A DNA stretch of 64,000 nucleotides. It comes from Candidatus Micrarchaeota archaeon. GTDB lineage: Archaea > Micrarchaeota > Micrarchaeia > Norongarragalinales > Norongarragalinaceae. Location of the stretch: positions 749 to 64,748 of the forward strand of contig JBDRBT010000015.1 in the NCBI GenBank assembly GCA_043822385.1, read 5' to 3'. Below the pieces are notes generated by a model that was not told the DNA's origin, did not search any database, and was given only the letters and a program-made list of their open reading frames with translations. Positions 55,468-64,000 of this stretch are shown one piece after another; the stretch's first letter is position 1; each line of letters starts with the position of its first letter. The translations under genes and the position numbers were made by a program.

Positions 55468-56142
55468 TTACGCGGGTAACTTAATTACGTAGCGCTTGTC
55501 AATGTTGATTACGCCTTTAGGTAGGACACTCTCGATTTTGTGCAGGATTGAATTGAATGCAACGAATGAAACGGCTATGCCTGACGCAAATAACAATCTC
55601 TCGTAAACTACTATTGGCACTAACGCAAGCCAGAATTCGGGAGTGGTTTGCAGAGTGTAAAGCCAAATGACGCTGCCTACTGCGTGAGCAGTGAACGTTG
55701 CTCCCAAGCTTTTTGCAAACAAGTTTTCTTTAAAGAAGAACGCTATCAATGGAATAGTCCAGAACAATGCGTAAGCCCATGCTTGGCTGCCGGTTGGGTG
55801 CAGCCAGAACAATGCTATTGCTGCTAGGGGTATTATTGTTTTAGCCCATTCTTTTTGTTTAGAACCGAAGTAGAATGCAGCGAATAACATTGGCGTGAAT
55901 CTAAGTAAGTCAAGCAAGGCAATTGGTTTACTGAAAATTAGTGTGTTTGCGGTTTGAGCTATTAAGATGCTTGCTGCACCAGCTATTCCACCAAGGAACC
56001 CGCCGGCTATTGGCGCGAAGAATTGAAATAAAGTAAAGTACTGGTTTTCTGTGCCTAATACTTTAGAAAAGTTTACTTGCATTGCTAGCAAGGCAGCGCA
56101 ACCGAAGAGAACTATGAATAAACCTTTTTGTTTCGAAATCAT
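55468..56142 (-). CDS. Polytopic membrane protein, unknown function
   Basis: 224 aa, ~6 TM helices. Confidence 0.4.
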   Translation of the reverse strand: MISKQKGLFIVLFGCAALLAMQVNFSKVLGTENQYFTLFQFFAPIAGGFLGGIAGAASILIAQTANTLIFSKPIALLDLLRFTPMLFAAFYFGSKQKEWAKTIIPLAAIALFWLHPTGSQAWAYALFWTIPLIAFFFKENLFAKSLGATFTAHAVGSVIWLYTLQTTPEFWLALVPIVVYERLLFASGIAVSFVAFNSILHKIESVLPKGVINIDKRYVIKLPA

Positions 56143-56212
56143 TTACCCACCTTTAATAAATTCAATAAAGCGAACTATTTAATTTCTTTCAATAGCAAAA
56201 TACTTAATCAAT

Positions 56213-56297
56213 GCAGGGGTAGCAAAGCTTGGCCAAATGCGTTGGCTTTAGGAGCCAATCCTTTAGGGGTTCGAGAGTTCAAATCTCTCCCCCTGCA
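56213..56297 (+). tRNA. tRNA-Leu (anticodon UAG)
   Basis: GCAGGGG acceptor, anticodon arm TTGGC-TTTAGGA-GCCAA, long variable arm TCCTTTAGGGGTTC, T arm GAGAG-TTCAAAT-CTCTC. Confidence 0.9.
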
Positions 56298-56369
56298 CTC
56301 TTTTTTTGTATGCGCAAAGCTAGGGGAATTAATTTTGCGTCGTTAGTATGTTATTTTCGCAAAACTAGT

Positions 56370-56561
56370 TTAAACTTTTTTTACGTCTTTTGCACGTGCA
56401 CCGCGTTCGCTTGCTTCGACTTCATATTCTACTTCGTCGCCAACTTCTAGAGCTACTCCACCTTCAATTGCTGAAGTGTGTACGTACACGTCTTTACCAT
56501 CGTCGCCGGTAATAAAACCGAAACCACGAGCCGTGTTAAACATTTTTACTTTTCCTTTCAT
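56370..56561 (-). CDS. Cold-shock domain protein (CspA family)
   Basis: 63 aa. GKVKMFNTARGFGFI (RNP1) and DVYVHTSAI (RNP2). Confidence 0.85.
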   Translation of the reverse strand: MKGKVKMFNTARGFGFITGDDGKDVYVHTSAIEGGVALEVGDEVEYEVEASERGARAKDVKKV

Positions 56562-56706
56562 TAAATCACCATTTGTGCTTTATTATTTTTGAAGAGCGTA
56601 GCTTATAACTTATAGCTTTTTATTAAGTTGCGCGTAAAAAACAAGATATTCCTTGCGTCTTTTAACTAGTAACGATTTATTGTTACGGGTGTGGTTGAAT
56701 TTGGGT

Positions 56707-56853
56707 ATGTCTAAGTCTGTTTTGAATAGGAAGAAAAGCAATCTTAAAGCAAAACTAGTAGAATTAGAAAAAAAAGCTATGGATGACCCGTTAAAGAGAA
56801 ACCGCGCGTTGCATGAAGAAATTATGGATTTGAAAAAGAAACTCGCTGAATAA
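56707..56853 (+). CDS. Small coiled-coil protein
   Basis: 48 aa from ATG 56707, heptad-like K/E/L pattern. Confidence 0.3.
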   Translation: MSKSVLNRKKSNLKAKLVELEKKAMDDPLKRNRALHEEIMDLKKKLAE

Positions 56854-56873
56854 CTTAGTAATTATTTTTTAAG

Positions 56874-58631
56874 ATGGTTTTTTTGATGGAAAAAAAGTTT
56901 GTATTTTTGTTCGCGGTTATTGTAGTTTTGATTGTTGCGGGAATAGCTTTCGTTTCAGTACCTCTTCCGCCTAAGCTTGTTACACCTGCTGATTTCGAGG
57001 TTTACGTAGTTTCCTCTATGGTGAAACTACATAATTCTGTCGGGCCTTACGCTGATTTAACGCTTCTTAATGAATCTAACCAGCTTTTTAAGGAAATGAA
57101 GCTTTCTTCTGCTAAGAATGAAGGTGAATCTGTTCAATTAGTAATAAGCGCTGCTTCTATTGACGTAGAAAACATTCAGATTTTTGTTTCGGATTTTTTG
57201 AATTCTGACGGCGCAGTTATTTCTAACCAAAGCATTGAGTTGTTTTACGAGTACTTTGTAAAAATAAGTGAGCCGACGGATTTTCTAGGTGGAACGGGTT
57301 ATTATGCTGATGCTCTCCCGCCGTTGAATAATGTTTTTAATGTAGAGAAAAAGCGTAATCAACCCATTTGGGTTAAAATGCGCGTTCCGAAAAACGCGGT
57401 TGAGGGGGTTTATTCAGGTAAAATAAGGATAGAAAGCAGTAACGCTGGTTTTGTTGAAGTGCCCGTTAGTTTGAGTGTTTGGAATTTTACTATTCCAGAC
57501 GAGCCGTCTTTGACTGTTCTTTTTGGGCTTGGTAGGGATTCAATTAAAATTGCGTATGGTTTGAATGACTCGAACTTAAATCAAAAATTAGATGAGTACA
57601 TTACTTTCATGCTAAAAAACAAGGTTACTCCTTTTAGTTCTGGCAATTCTTTTCTTTACCCGAACGTAGTTTGGAATGGCACGGAAGTGGTAGTTTCTTT
57701 TTCAAACGAACAAATTACTTACTTGAAGAAATACTTAAGCGAGTATAATGCTCGTGCTTGGCAGTTTCCAATAGGCGTTTGGATGGCGAATAAAAGTTTT
57801 GTTTCTGGCTTAACAAAATTCAGTCCCGAGTTCAACGAGCGCTTTAAACAATACTTAGAAAAAACAATAGCGTTGTACGAGAAAGAAGGAATTTGGAATA
57901 ACATAGAATTTTTCACGTGGATTATTGATGAACCGAATAGTCTTTCTAGTTATATTGAAACAAATAATTGGAGCCGCATAATTGCTTCTGCTAGCCCGAA
58001 ACCTAAATTCATGATTACTGAACAAGTTACTAAGCAAAACAATACTTGGCCCGACCTCGAACACATTGATATTTGGTGTCCGAGTGTGCGTGTTTTTGCT
58101 TTAACTGAACGAACTAACGCATCTCTTTACGAGGGTAAAGAGTGGTGGTGGTATAATGGGGGTAATGGCGCGGATTATCCTGCGCCAAACATACTGGATC
58201 GCGAGGTAGCTAGTTCTCGAATAATGCCTTGGTATAGTTATAAGCTTGAAGCAAACGGGTACTTGAATTGGGCTGTGACTTATTGGGGTAGTTTTAAAAA
58301 CAATCCTTGGAATGATCCTAAATTAGTGGATCATACTGGGGGTGTAGGTCCTGGTTTTTCTAATGGTGATGGTTACTTTTTTTATCCGAGTACTTTAATT
58401 TCTCAGTATACCCCCATGAATGATTTTGAGGGTGTTACTACTTCGATTCGCTGGGAGTCCTTTATTGATGGAATGGAGGATTACGAGTATTTGTATAAAG
58501 CGTCTATTTCAGCAAGGCAGAATGCTTTTGATTTGGTTTTGAATCCGTATCCGTTTTCTAAATCGCCTGAAACGTTTAAGAAAGCGCGGGAATTGCTTGC
58601 AGATGATATTGTGAAAGGAGGATTGAATTGA
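56874..58631 (+). CDS. Membrane-anchored extracellular protein, DUF4091/glycoside-hydrolase-like
   Basis: N-terminal TM anchor. Ig-like module followed by a Trp-rich TIM-barrel-like region (WIIDEPN, WWWYNGG) reminiscent of DUF4091. Confidence 0.4.
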   Translation: MVFLMEKKFVFLFAVIVVLIVAGIAFVSVPLPPKLVTPADFEVYVVSSMVKLHNSVGPYADLTLLNESNQLFKEMKLSSAKNEGESVQLVISAASIDVENIQIFVSDFLNSDGAVISNQSIELFYEYFVKISEPTDFLGGTGYYADALPPLNNVFNVEKKRNQPIWVKMRVPKNAVEGVYSGKIRIESSNAGFVEVPVSLSVWNFTIPDEPSLTVLFGLGRDSIKIAYGLNDSNLNQKLDEYITFMLKNKVTPFSSGNSFLYPNVVWNGTEVVVSFSNEQITYLKKYLSEYNARAWQFPIGVWMANKSFVSGLTKFSPEFNERFKQYLEKTIALYEKEGIWNNIEFFTWIIDEPNSLSSYIETNNWSRIIASASPKPKFMITEQVTKQNNTWPDLEHIDIWCPSVRVFALTERTNASLYEGKEWWWYNGGNGADYPAPNILDREVASSRIMPWYSYKLEANGYLNWAVTYWGSFKNNPWNDPKLVDHTGGVGPGFSNGDGYFFYPSTLISQYTPMNDFEGVTTSIRWESFIDGMEDYEYLYKASISARQNAFDLVLNPYPFSKSPETFKKARELLADDIVKGGLN

Positions 58632-58632
58632 A

Positions 58633-58947
58633 ATGGAAATAAATGATTTTGCTAAACTTAATCACGAGCGTTCAGTAAAGTTTGATTTGAATAAAGCGTT
58701 TAATTGGGAGTATTACGCTATTGCTATGGGTGGAGAGTGCGGTGAACTCTTGAATAAACTAAAGAAAATCAAGCGCGGTGATTTTCCTGTGAATAAAGAG
58801 GAGTTAGCTGAAGAAACTGTTGACGTTATTACTTACGGTTTCCTCTTGCTTTCCGAGTTAGGTGTTGACGCAGAAAAAGTTTTAATGGATAAGTTTGAGA
58901 AAGTCAACAAGCGGGTTGAGAAAGGCGGGTTTCACTGTCGGGATTAA
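58633..58947 (+). CDS. MazG-like nucleotide pyrophosphohydrolase
   Basis: GGECGELLNKLKK and EELAEETVDVITY (EExxE/D metal motifs). Confidence 0.7.
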   Translation: MEINDFAKLNHERSVKFDLNKAFNWEYYAIAMGGECGELLNKLKKIKRGDFPVNKEELAEETVDVITYGFLLLSELGVDAEKVLMDKFEKVNKRVEKGGFHCRD

Positions 58948-58971
58948 AAAAAGGAAGAAAAAAGAAAGAGT

Positions 58972-59652
58972 TTAAGGTAGTGTTGGAATGCTTGGTAGAG
59001 TAGTTGGTTCTGCTGGTAATTCGAATTCACTATCTGAAACCGAACCGATTTGCACGCTTGTAGCTGTTTTAGTGAACGAGCCGTCTGACGTTTCCATGTG
59101 TAATAACGCGCCCTCGCTTGAGTAGCAAGATTCGATTCCCGTTGTTTCTGCGCTAGTTAAACTAAAACAGTTTCCCGTTATTCCTGCGATTGTTCTAGCT
59201 GGTTTTGAAATAATAGTGTAGCCTTCCGGGTTTGCTTGTATTTGTTGGTCTAAGCTTTGACTTGTTGCTTCAATCTCGTTTTCAAAACAAAGGTCGTTAG
59301 TGCAAATATAGATTTTGTTATTCATCATGAGCGTGATGGTTGTTTGTCCTTGAATTGTTGACTCCATTTTTATTTTACCACTCTTGAACGCTTCAGTGGT
59401 AGTCATTGTTGAAGTTTGTCCTCCGGCAACTGTAGTTATATCGTAGTCAGCTTTGTATTCAACTATAGTTGCTTTCTGCATTATTGAAGTAAAATCGTCT
59501 CCCCCTGTTTCAGGAGTTGCTGTTGCCTGGTTGCTTGCGTTTGGAGTGCTTGGCGTGCTAGTGCAACCAAAAAGCAGTAGTCCTACACACAAAACTGAAA
59601 ATAGTTTAATTAAACTCAAAAAATCACCCGTAAAAACGAACTCCAGCATCAT
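58972..59652 (-). CDS. Secreted lipoprotein-like protein
   Basis: LCVGLLLFGC lipobox-like signal, Thr/Ser-rich linker, beta-rich body. Confidence 0.4.
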   Translation of the reverse strand: MMLEFVFTGDFLSLIKLFSVLCVGLLLFGCTSTPSTPNASNQATATPETGGDDFTSIMQKATIVEYKADYDITTVAGGQTSTMTTTEAFKSGKIKMESTIQGQTTITLMMNNKIYICTNDLCFENEIEATSQSLDQQIQANPEGYTIISKPARTIAGITGNCFSLTSAETTGIESCYSSEGALLHMETSDGSFTKTATSVQIGSVSDSEFELPAEPTTLPSIPTLP

Positions 59653-59681
59653 TAAAAAATCAATCCTTTCTTAAGAATAAC

Positions 59682-60206
59682 GTGAAGTTTCCATTACAAA
59701 AAATTAAGTTGAAAGACGGTGAGTTAGTTTTGCGTACCGCTAGCTTGCGTGATGCTAGAGCGTTGAATAAAATAATTCAAGAGCAGGGCGTTAATGATTT
59801 TCTTTTGTTAATTCCACCTGTTTCAGTAGCGTCTGCAGTAAAACGCATTAAGGAACTAAACAAGTCTAAGAAGAATGCGTGGATTGTTTGCGAGAGTAAC
59901 GGCGAAGTAGTTGGTAGTGTGGACTTGCGTTTTGACAAGGGACGGATGAGCCACGTTTCGGGGTTTGGTATTTCTTTCACTAAGAAAGCGCATGGAACTG
60001 GCTTGGCTGCGTTAACTTTATCTAAAGCTTTTGCTTTCGCTAAACGCAAGGGAATTGAATTGATTTCTTCTTCAGTTATTAATGCTAACAAGCGTGCTCG
60101 TGTTTTCTACAAGAAACTTGGTTTCAAGGAAGTCGGTGTTTTGAAGAAACACTTCAAGACTGGCGGAAAATATTTGGATGTTGTTTTAATCGTCAAGAAA
60201 CTTTAA
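59682..60206 (+). CDS. GNAT family N-acetyltransferase
   Basis: Acetyl-CoA motif A KKAHGTGLAALTL and FYKKLGFKEVG. Confidence 0.8.
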   Translation: MKFPLQKIKLKDGELVLRTASLRDARALNKIIQEQGVNDFLLLIPPVSVASAVKRIKELNKSKKNAWIVCESNGEVVGSVDLRFDKGRMSHVSGFGISFTKKAHGTGLAALTLSKAFAFAKRKGIELISSSVINANKRARVFYKKLGFKEVGVLKKHFKTGGKYLDVVLIVKKL

Positions 60207-60612
60207 GCTTCATTATTTTTTCTATTCCTGGTTTTATTGCTATAGCTAAATTCATTTCCAGCGCTTTTTCCGGCTTGACCCAAACAAATTTCTGCAACTC
60301 GCTTTCTAACAATTTAACTTCATTGTTTTCTGCTTTACACAAGTAGTCAATGAAAATCAAGTGTTTGTTTTCGTCGTGAAACTCCTTGTTTTTAACGCAC
60401 TCTTCAACTTGAATGAAACTCAAAATTTTTATTTTCAAGCCTGTTTCCTCTAGTGCTTCTCGTTTTAATGCTTGCTCAATAGTTTCGCCGTATTCAATGT
60501 GTCCGCCAGGAATAGTCCACTTATTGTTAAACTTGTGTGATTTAGTAAGCAAAAGCTCGCCGTCATCATTCAAAATAAATGCGCCAACAGCAACTTCAGG
60601 GTAAGTATTCAA
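60193..60612 (-). CDS. NUDIX hydrolase
   Basis: Nudix box GGHIEYGETIEQALKREALEETGL. Confidence 0.85.
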   Translation of the reverse strand: MNTYPEVAVGAFILNDDGELLLTKSHKFNNKWTIPGGHIEYGETIEQALKREALEETGLKIKILSFIQVEECVKNKEFHDENKHLIFIDYLCKAENNEVKLLESELQKFVWVKPEKALEMNLAIAIKPGIEKIMKLKVS

Positions 60613-61061
60613 TTTTTTTCACCAATTTTTTCTGCTAGTTTCTTCAACTCGTTAAAGTCAGTTTGCGGTCCTAACAAAGTCGTTACGAAACCAGGGTATT
60701 CCTCGTAAAAAACTTTTTCTTTTGCTTCCATTGCAGTGAATTCTTTTCCAACGCCGTGCAAGGGATATAATTTAGCGTGAGCGTGATTAACCCCCATGCC
60801 TTCAATTACGAGCGCAACTCTTTCTACATTTAGTTTTTTCCGCAAGAGTGAATCAACTTTTTTTACTGCAATTAAAAACGCAGAGTAGTCTTCATTGTTC
60901 ATTTCGAACGCGTTGGAATCAAAATGTTTTTTCGGAATAACGAGCGTCATTCCTTTAGTGTTCGGATTAATATCGAGGAACGCGAGGAACGCGTCGTCCT
61001 CCCAAACTTTAAAACAAGGAATTTCCCCTGCAATAATCTTGCAAAAAACACAATTAAGCAT
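60609..61061 (-). CDS. HIT family hydrolase
   Basis: CVFCKIIAGEIP and histidine triad VNHAHAKLYP. Confidence 0.8.
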   Translation of the reverse strand: MLNCVFCKIIAGEIPCFKVWEDDAFLAFLDINPNTKGMTLVIPKKHFDSNAFEMNNEDYSAFLIAVKKVDSLLRKKLNVERVALVIEGMGVNHAHAKLYPLHGVGKEFTAMEAKEKVFYEEYPGFVTTLLGPQTDFNELKKLAEKIGEKN

Positions 61062-61204
61062 GTTAGTTTATTAGTTTTCTACAACTAAAAACTTACCTTC
61101 ACAAAAACCGCAACAACGCTTCCTGCGTGCTTTAAAAGATTTTTGGAGCGTTTTTAGTGTTTTGAATGCGTTTTCCGAGCATTAAATTCCTCGCCTCGAA
61201 AACG

Positions 61205-61212
61205 TTTATAAA
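61205..61212 (+). promoter_or_regulatory. Candidate TATA box of the rRNA operon promoter
   Basis: AAACGTTTATAAAC, about 300 nt upstream of the 16S 5' end, preceded by a purine-rich BRE-like AAAACG. No other strong TATA lies closer. Confidence 0.3.
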
Positions 61213-61752
61213 CTCTTTCTCCAATATTTGTAAGCAGGTTTTACGTCTGTAAAACTTGTTTTTAATTTTTTAATGCTATAGTATCCCGGCAAGCCAGAGA
61301 ATTAACTAATTTCTATGAAGGGCATTGCATTTTTCAACTATAGCGAGCGTGGAAGCTCGAACAAAGATTAAGCGTTTTTAAACAGCGTTATCTCATTCGA
61401 GTTTGACTGATGAAGGAAAAACCCGCAAATTTAAAAAAAGGTAGCAATTAAAGCTAGTTCTTGCGATCTACTGTACTTTCCCTCCTCGTTTTTGAGGGGG
61501 GGAGTCGACACCAGTTGATCCTGCTGGAGGATACTGCTATCGGATTTCGACTAAGCCATGCAAGTTTAGTGGTTCGAGCTTCGAACCACGGCGAATGGCT
61601 CAGTAACACGTAGTCAATCTAACTTTCGGACGGGAATAACCTCGGGAAACTGAGGGTAATGCCCGGCGGGACAAGAATTCTGGAATGAGTCTTGTTTGAA
61701 TGGAGCCAGTGAATTGCAATTGGTTTCGCCGAAAGATGAGACTGCGGTTGAT

Positions 61753-61785
<33 letters not shown>

Positions 61786-62258
61786 ATTGATCAGTAGGGG
61801 CTATGTGAGTAGGAGCCCCGAGACGGGCACTGAGACAAGGGCCCGAGCCCTATGGGGTGCAGCAGGCGCGAAACTTCCGCAATGCGCGAAAGCGTGACGG
61901 AGGGAATCCGAGTGCAGCGCGAAAGCGTTGCTTTTGCTTGGCTTGAATAGCCAGGCGAATAAGTTCTGGGTAAATCCTGTGCCAGCCGCCGCGGTAACAC
62001 AGGTAGAGCTAGTGGTATCCACGAATATTGAGCTTAAAGCGTCCGTAGCCGGCTAAGTAAATTTTCTGTGAAATCTATCAGCTTAACTGATAGGCGTGCA
62101 GGAAAGACTGCTTGGCTTGAGAGTGGGGGAGGTCAAGGGTACTCTAGGGGGAGGAGTAAAATCCTGTAATCCTTAGAGGACCATCTGTGGCGAAAGCGCT
62201 TGACCAAAACACGTCTGACGGTGAGGGACGAAGGCTAGGGGAGCGAATCGGATTAGAT

Positions 62259-62439
62259 TTGCTTTTGAAATAAACTTTTAAAAAAGTTTAATCAAAAAAT
62301 TATTTTTAGCTTCGCATGTTGACGAGGACAATTTAAAAACTTTTCTTCGCTGAAAACTACGAAAAGTTAATTAAATGTTCTTTGAATGCGTTGAATTAAT
62401 TTTTCTGATTTTGATTTTTTGTTTTCAAGAGCACTAAAT
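62259..62439 (+). other. BHB-type (archaeal splicing endonuclease) intron in 16S rRNA at E. coli position ~793
   Basis: Splits GGATTAGAT/ACCC. H1 TCGG(62248-51)/CCGA(62442-45), H2 TTAG(62253-56)/CTAA(62434-37), bulges ATT(62257-59) and ATA(62438-40), 11-bp H3 62260-70/62423-33. 181 nt, AT-rich, no ORF. Confidence 0.8.
62271..62300 (+). repeat. AT-rich hairpin + ATCAAA module, copy 1 (inside the 16S BHB intron)
   Basis: TAAACTTTT-aa-AAAAGTTTA followed by ATCAAAAAA. Confidence 0.6.
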
Positions 62440-62554
62440 ACCCGAGTAGTCCTAGCAGTAAATGATGCAAACTAGGCGTTACAACAACTACGAGTTGTTG
62501 TAGTGCCGTAGGGAAACCGTTTAGTTTGCCGCTTGGGGAGTACGGTCGCAAGAT

Positions 62555-62597
<43 letters not shown>

Positions 62598-63138
62598 TGC
62601 TGCGGTTTAATTGGATTCAACGCCGGGAAGCTCACCCAGAGAGACAGCAGGATGAAGCCCAAGCTAAAGACTTTGGCTAACAAGCTGAGAAGTGTTGCAT
62701 GGCCAGCGTCAGTTCGTGCCGTGAGGTGTCAAGTTAAGTCTTGCAACGAACGAGATCTCTATCCACTGTTGCTAGTTGAGAAGAAATTTTTAACGCACTC
62801 TGTGGAGACTGCCTGCGCTAAGCAGGAGGAAGGAAGAGGCGACGCTAGGTCTGTATGGCCTGAATCTCTGGGGCCACACGTGGCATACAATGGTAAAGAC
62901 AATGAGTTCCGACACCGAAAGGTGAAGGCAATCTCCTAAACTTTACCTCAGTTCGGATTGGGGGCTGAAACTCGTCCCCATGAAGCTGGAATCCCTAGTA
63001 ATCGCGTGTCATCATCGCGCGGTGAATATGTCCCCGCTCCTTGCACACACCGCCCGTCAAGCCATCCAAGCGAGGTTTTAGTGAGGCTTCTCCTCCGGGA
63101 GAATTCGAGCTAGGGCTTCGTGAGGGGGGTTAAGTCGT

Positions 63139-63438
63139 AATTTTGTTGCGACCCACAATCGCGAGGTTGTGGAAAAAATTTGCTATATGCTGGAATCACC
63201 CGTGCATCTTGAATTGGTAACGATTCAAGTGGGGTAAATCAGCAGGGAAGTCGTCACCGGAATAGACGCTGGAAAGTGTTTATTTAGTGATTGACCCCTC
63301 AGAGACTACACGCAGATCTCTCAGAAACTTTTAGGAAAAGTTTCATCAAAAAAAGTTTTTTGCTAAAGCTTTTTCGACAAAAAGGTTTTTGAGATGGTGA
63401 TATAGTCCACGCTGCATGGCGACATGTGGATTAACGTG
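63139..63438 (+). ncRNA. Candidate group I self-splicing intron in 16S rRNA at E. coli position ~1498
   Basis: Splits AAGTCGT/AACAAGG. 5' exon ends in U, paired with G63148. Guide TGTT-GCGAC (63144-52) pairs with both exons (P10+P1). P2-P9 drawable; R-like TCAGAGACTACA (63299-310), S-like GATATAGTCC (63399-408), terminal G63438. Confidence 0.75.
63324..63354 (+). repeat. AT-rich hairpin + ATCAAA module, copy 2 (inside the P8 extension of the group I-like intron)
   Basis: GAAACTTTT-agg-AAAAGTTTC followed by ATCAAAAAAA. Confidence 0.6.
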
Positions 63439-63615
63439 AACAAGGTAACCGTAGGGGAACCTGCGGTTAGATCACCTCCAATTGTTCGAAAGAACTAACT
63501 TTGGACAAAAACTACCCTTTAAGTAGCTTTTGTAAATAACCTTTTTTTTAAAAAACGCAAATGGGTTTTCCTTCATCGAAATTTTTTTTCGCGCCACTAT
63601 TGCGCTAGCGCTTTC

Positions 63616-63725
63616 GGGCTCGTGGCGCAGTGGTAGCGCGCCTGATTTGCACAAGCTTTTGGAAAAAGAAAATCTGAGAGTTTCAGAAAATCAGGAGGCC
63701 GGGGGTTCAAATCCCCCCGAGTCCA
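63616..63725 (+). tRNA. tRNA-Ala (anticodon UGC) in the 16S-23S spacer, with a canonical 37/38 intron
   Basis: GGGCTCG/CGAGTCC acceptor with G3:U70, anticodon arm CCTGA-TTTGCA[intron]A-TCAGG, T arm GGGGG-TTCAAAT-CCCCC. No encoded CCA. Confidence 0.9.
63652..63689 (+). other. Canonical BHB tRNA intron (38 nt)
   Basis: H2 TTTG(63646-49)/CAGA(63684-87), bulges CAC and AAA, inner helix AAGCTTTT/GAGAGTTT with G.U pairs. Confidence 0.8.
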
Positions 63726-63760
63726 TTAAACTTTCTTTTTAAGAAAGTTTAATCAAAGAA
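63726..63760 (+). repeat. AT-rich hairpin + ATCAAA module, copy 3 (spacer directly after tRNA-Ala)
   Basis: TTAAACTTTCTT-ttt-AAGAAAGTTTAA overlapping ATCAAAGAA. Confidence 0.6.
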
Positions 63761-63956
63761 GAAAAAAAAAATTTAAAAACAAGTTTTTAGTAAAAAAGAA
63801 TTTTTTTACTTTCTTTTCGCTTTCAAAAGCGAGGGAAGGAAAAAGCCGTTTTGGATAGAACGACGTTCTGTAGTGAGCGTTGGAGTCTTAAGCGAGTTGC
63901 TGACAATTTTCATGAAGCGAGTAATAAGTTTTTCGGCTTTTTATACCGGGAATAGG

Positions 63957-64000
63957 TTTTGCTGCTGCTGTTCAGTGGATGGCTAGGCTAAAGAATCGAT
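63957..64000 (+). rRNA. rrl: 23S rRNA gene, 5' end only (continues beyond window)
   Basis: CAGTGGATGGCTAGGCTAAAGAATCGAT aligns with the conserved 23S 5' block GGUGGAUGGCUCGGCU...CGAUGAAGG. Exact 5' end uncertain. Confidence 0.6.

Noticed and set aside
63472-63654. 60-aa minus-strand ORF
   Set aside because: It spans the 16S 3' end, the spacer and the 5' half of tRNA-Ala, so it is not credible as coding.
63840-63942. Inverted repeat AAAAAGCCG / CGGCTTTTT enclosing ~85 nt just upstream of the 23S 5' end
   Set aside because: It is probably part of the 23S leader/processing structure. The 3' flank of the 23S lies outside the window, so nothing can be concluded.

Overview
AT-rich archaeal chromosome segment with a small, densely packed, DPANN-like gene set. 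Archaeal markers include DnaG primase, Hjc, GGGP synthase, Pth2, eIF6, L31e/L39e/S19e, an RNase P Rpp21 subunit, archaeal-type ThrRS and split GMP synthase. All product calls rest on motifs I recognise by eye; no database search was run. Most of the window is housekeeping: a translation cluster (S19e to FtsY), a UDP-GlcNAc cluster (glmS, glmU-like, glmM), a second nucleotide-sugar/glycosylation cluster, lipid genes, a minimal Tad/type IV pilus-like ATPase plus membrane-protein locus, and several secreted repeat or transglutaminase-like proteins. The unusual content is in the RNA genes. Three of six tRNAs carry introns, two at non-canonical positions, and I could draw bulge-helix-bulge (BHB) motifs for them by hand. 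One is a doubly interrupted tRNA with anticodon UAU (Ile). The 16S rRNA gene at the right end is about 1.97 kb because of two insertions. One is a 181-nt AT-rich intron with a clean BHB at E. coli position about 793. The other is a 300-nt insertion at about position 1498 that has the full hallmark set of a group I self-splicing intron: P1 with U.G at the 5' splice site, a contiguous P10/P1 guide, P2-P9, P/Q/R/S-like core elements and a terminal G. A group I intron in an archaeal SSU rRNA gene, next to a BHB intron in the same gene, is the most interesting candidate here. Neither intron encodes an ORF. A short AT-rich hairpin plus ATCAAA module recurs in both 16S introns and in the spacer after the ITS tRNA-Ala. 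No CRISPR array, transposase or integrase was seen.
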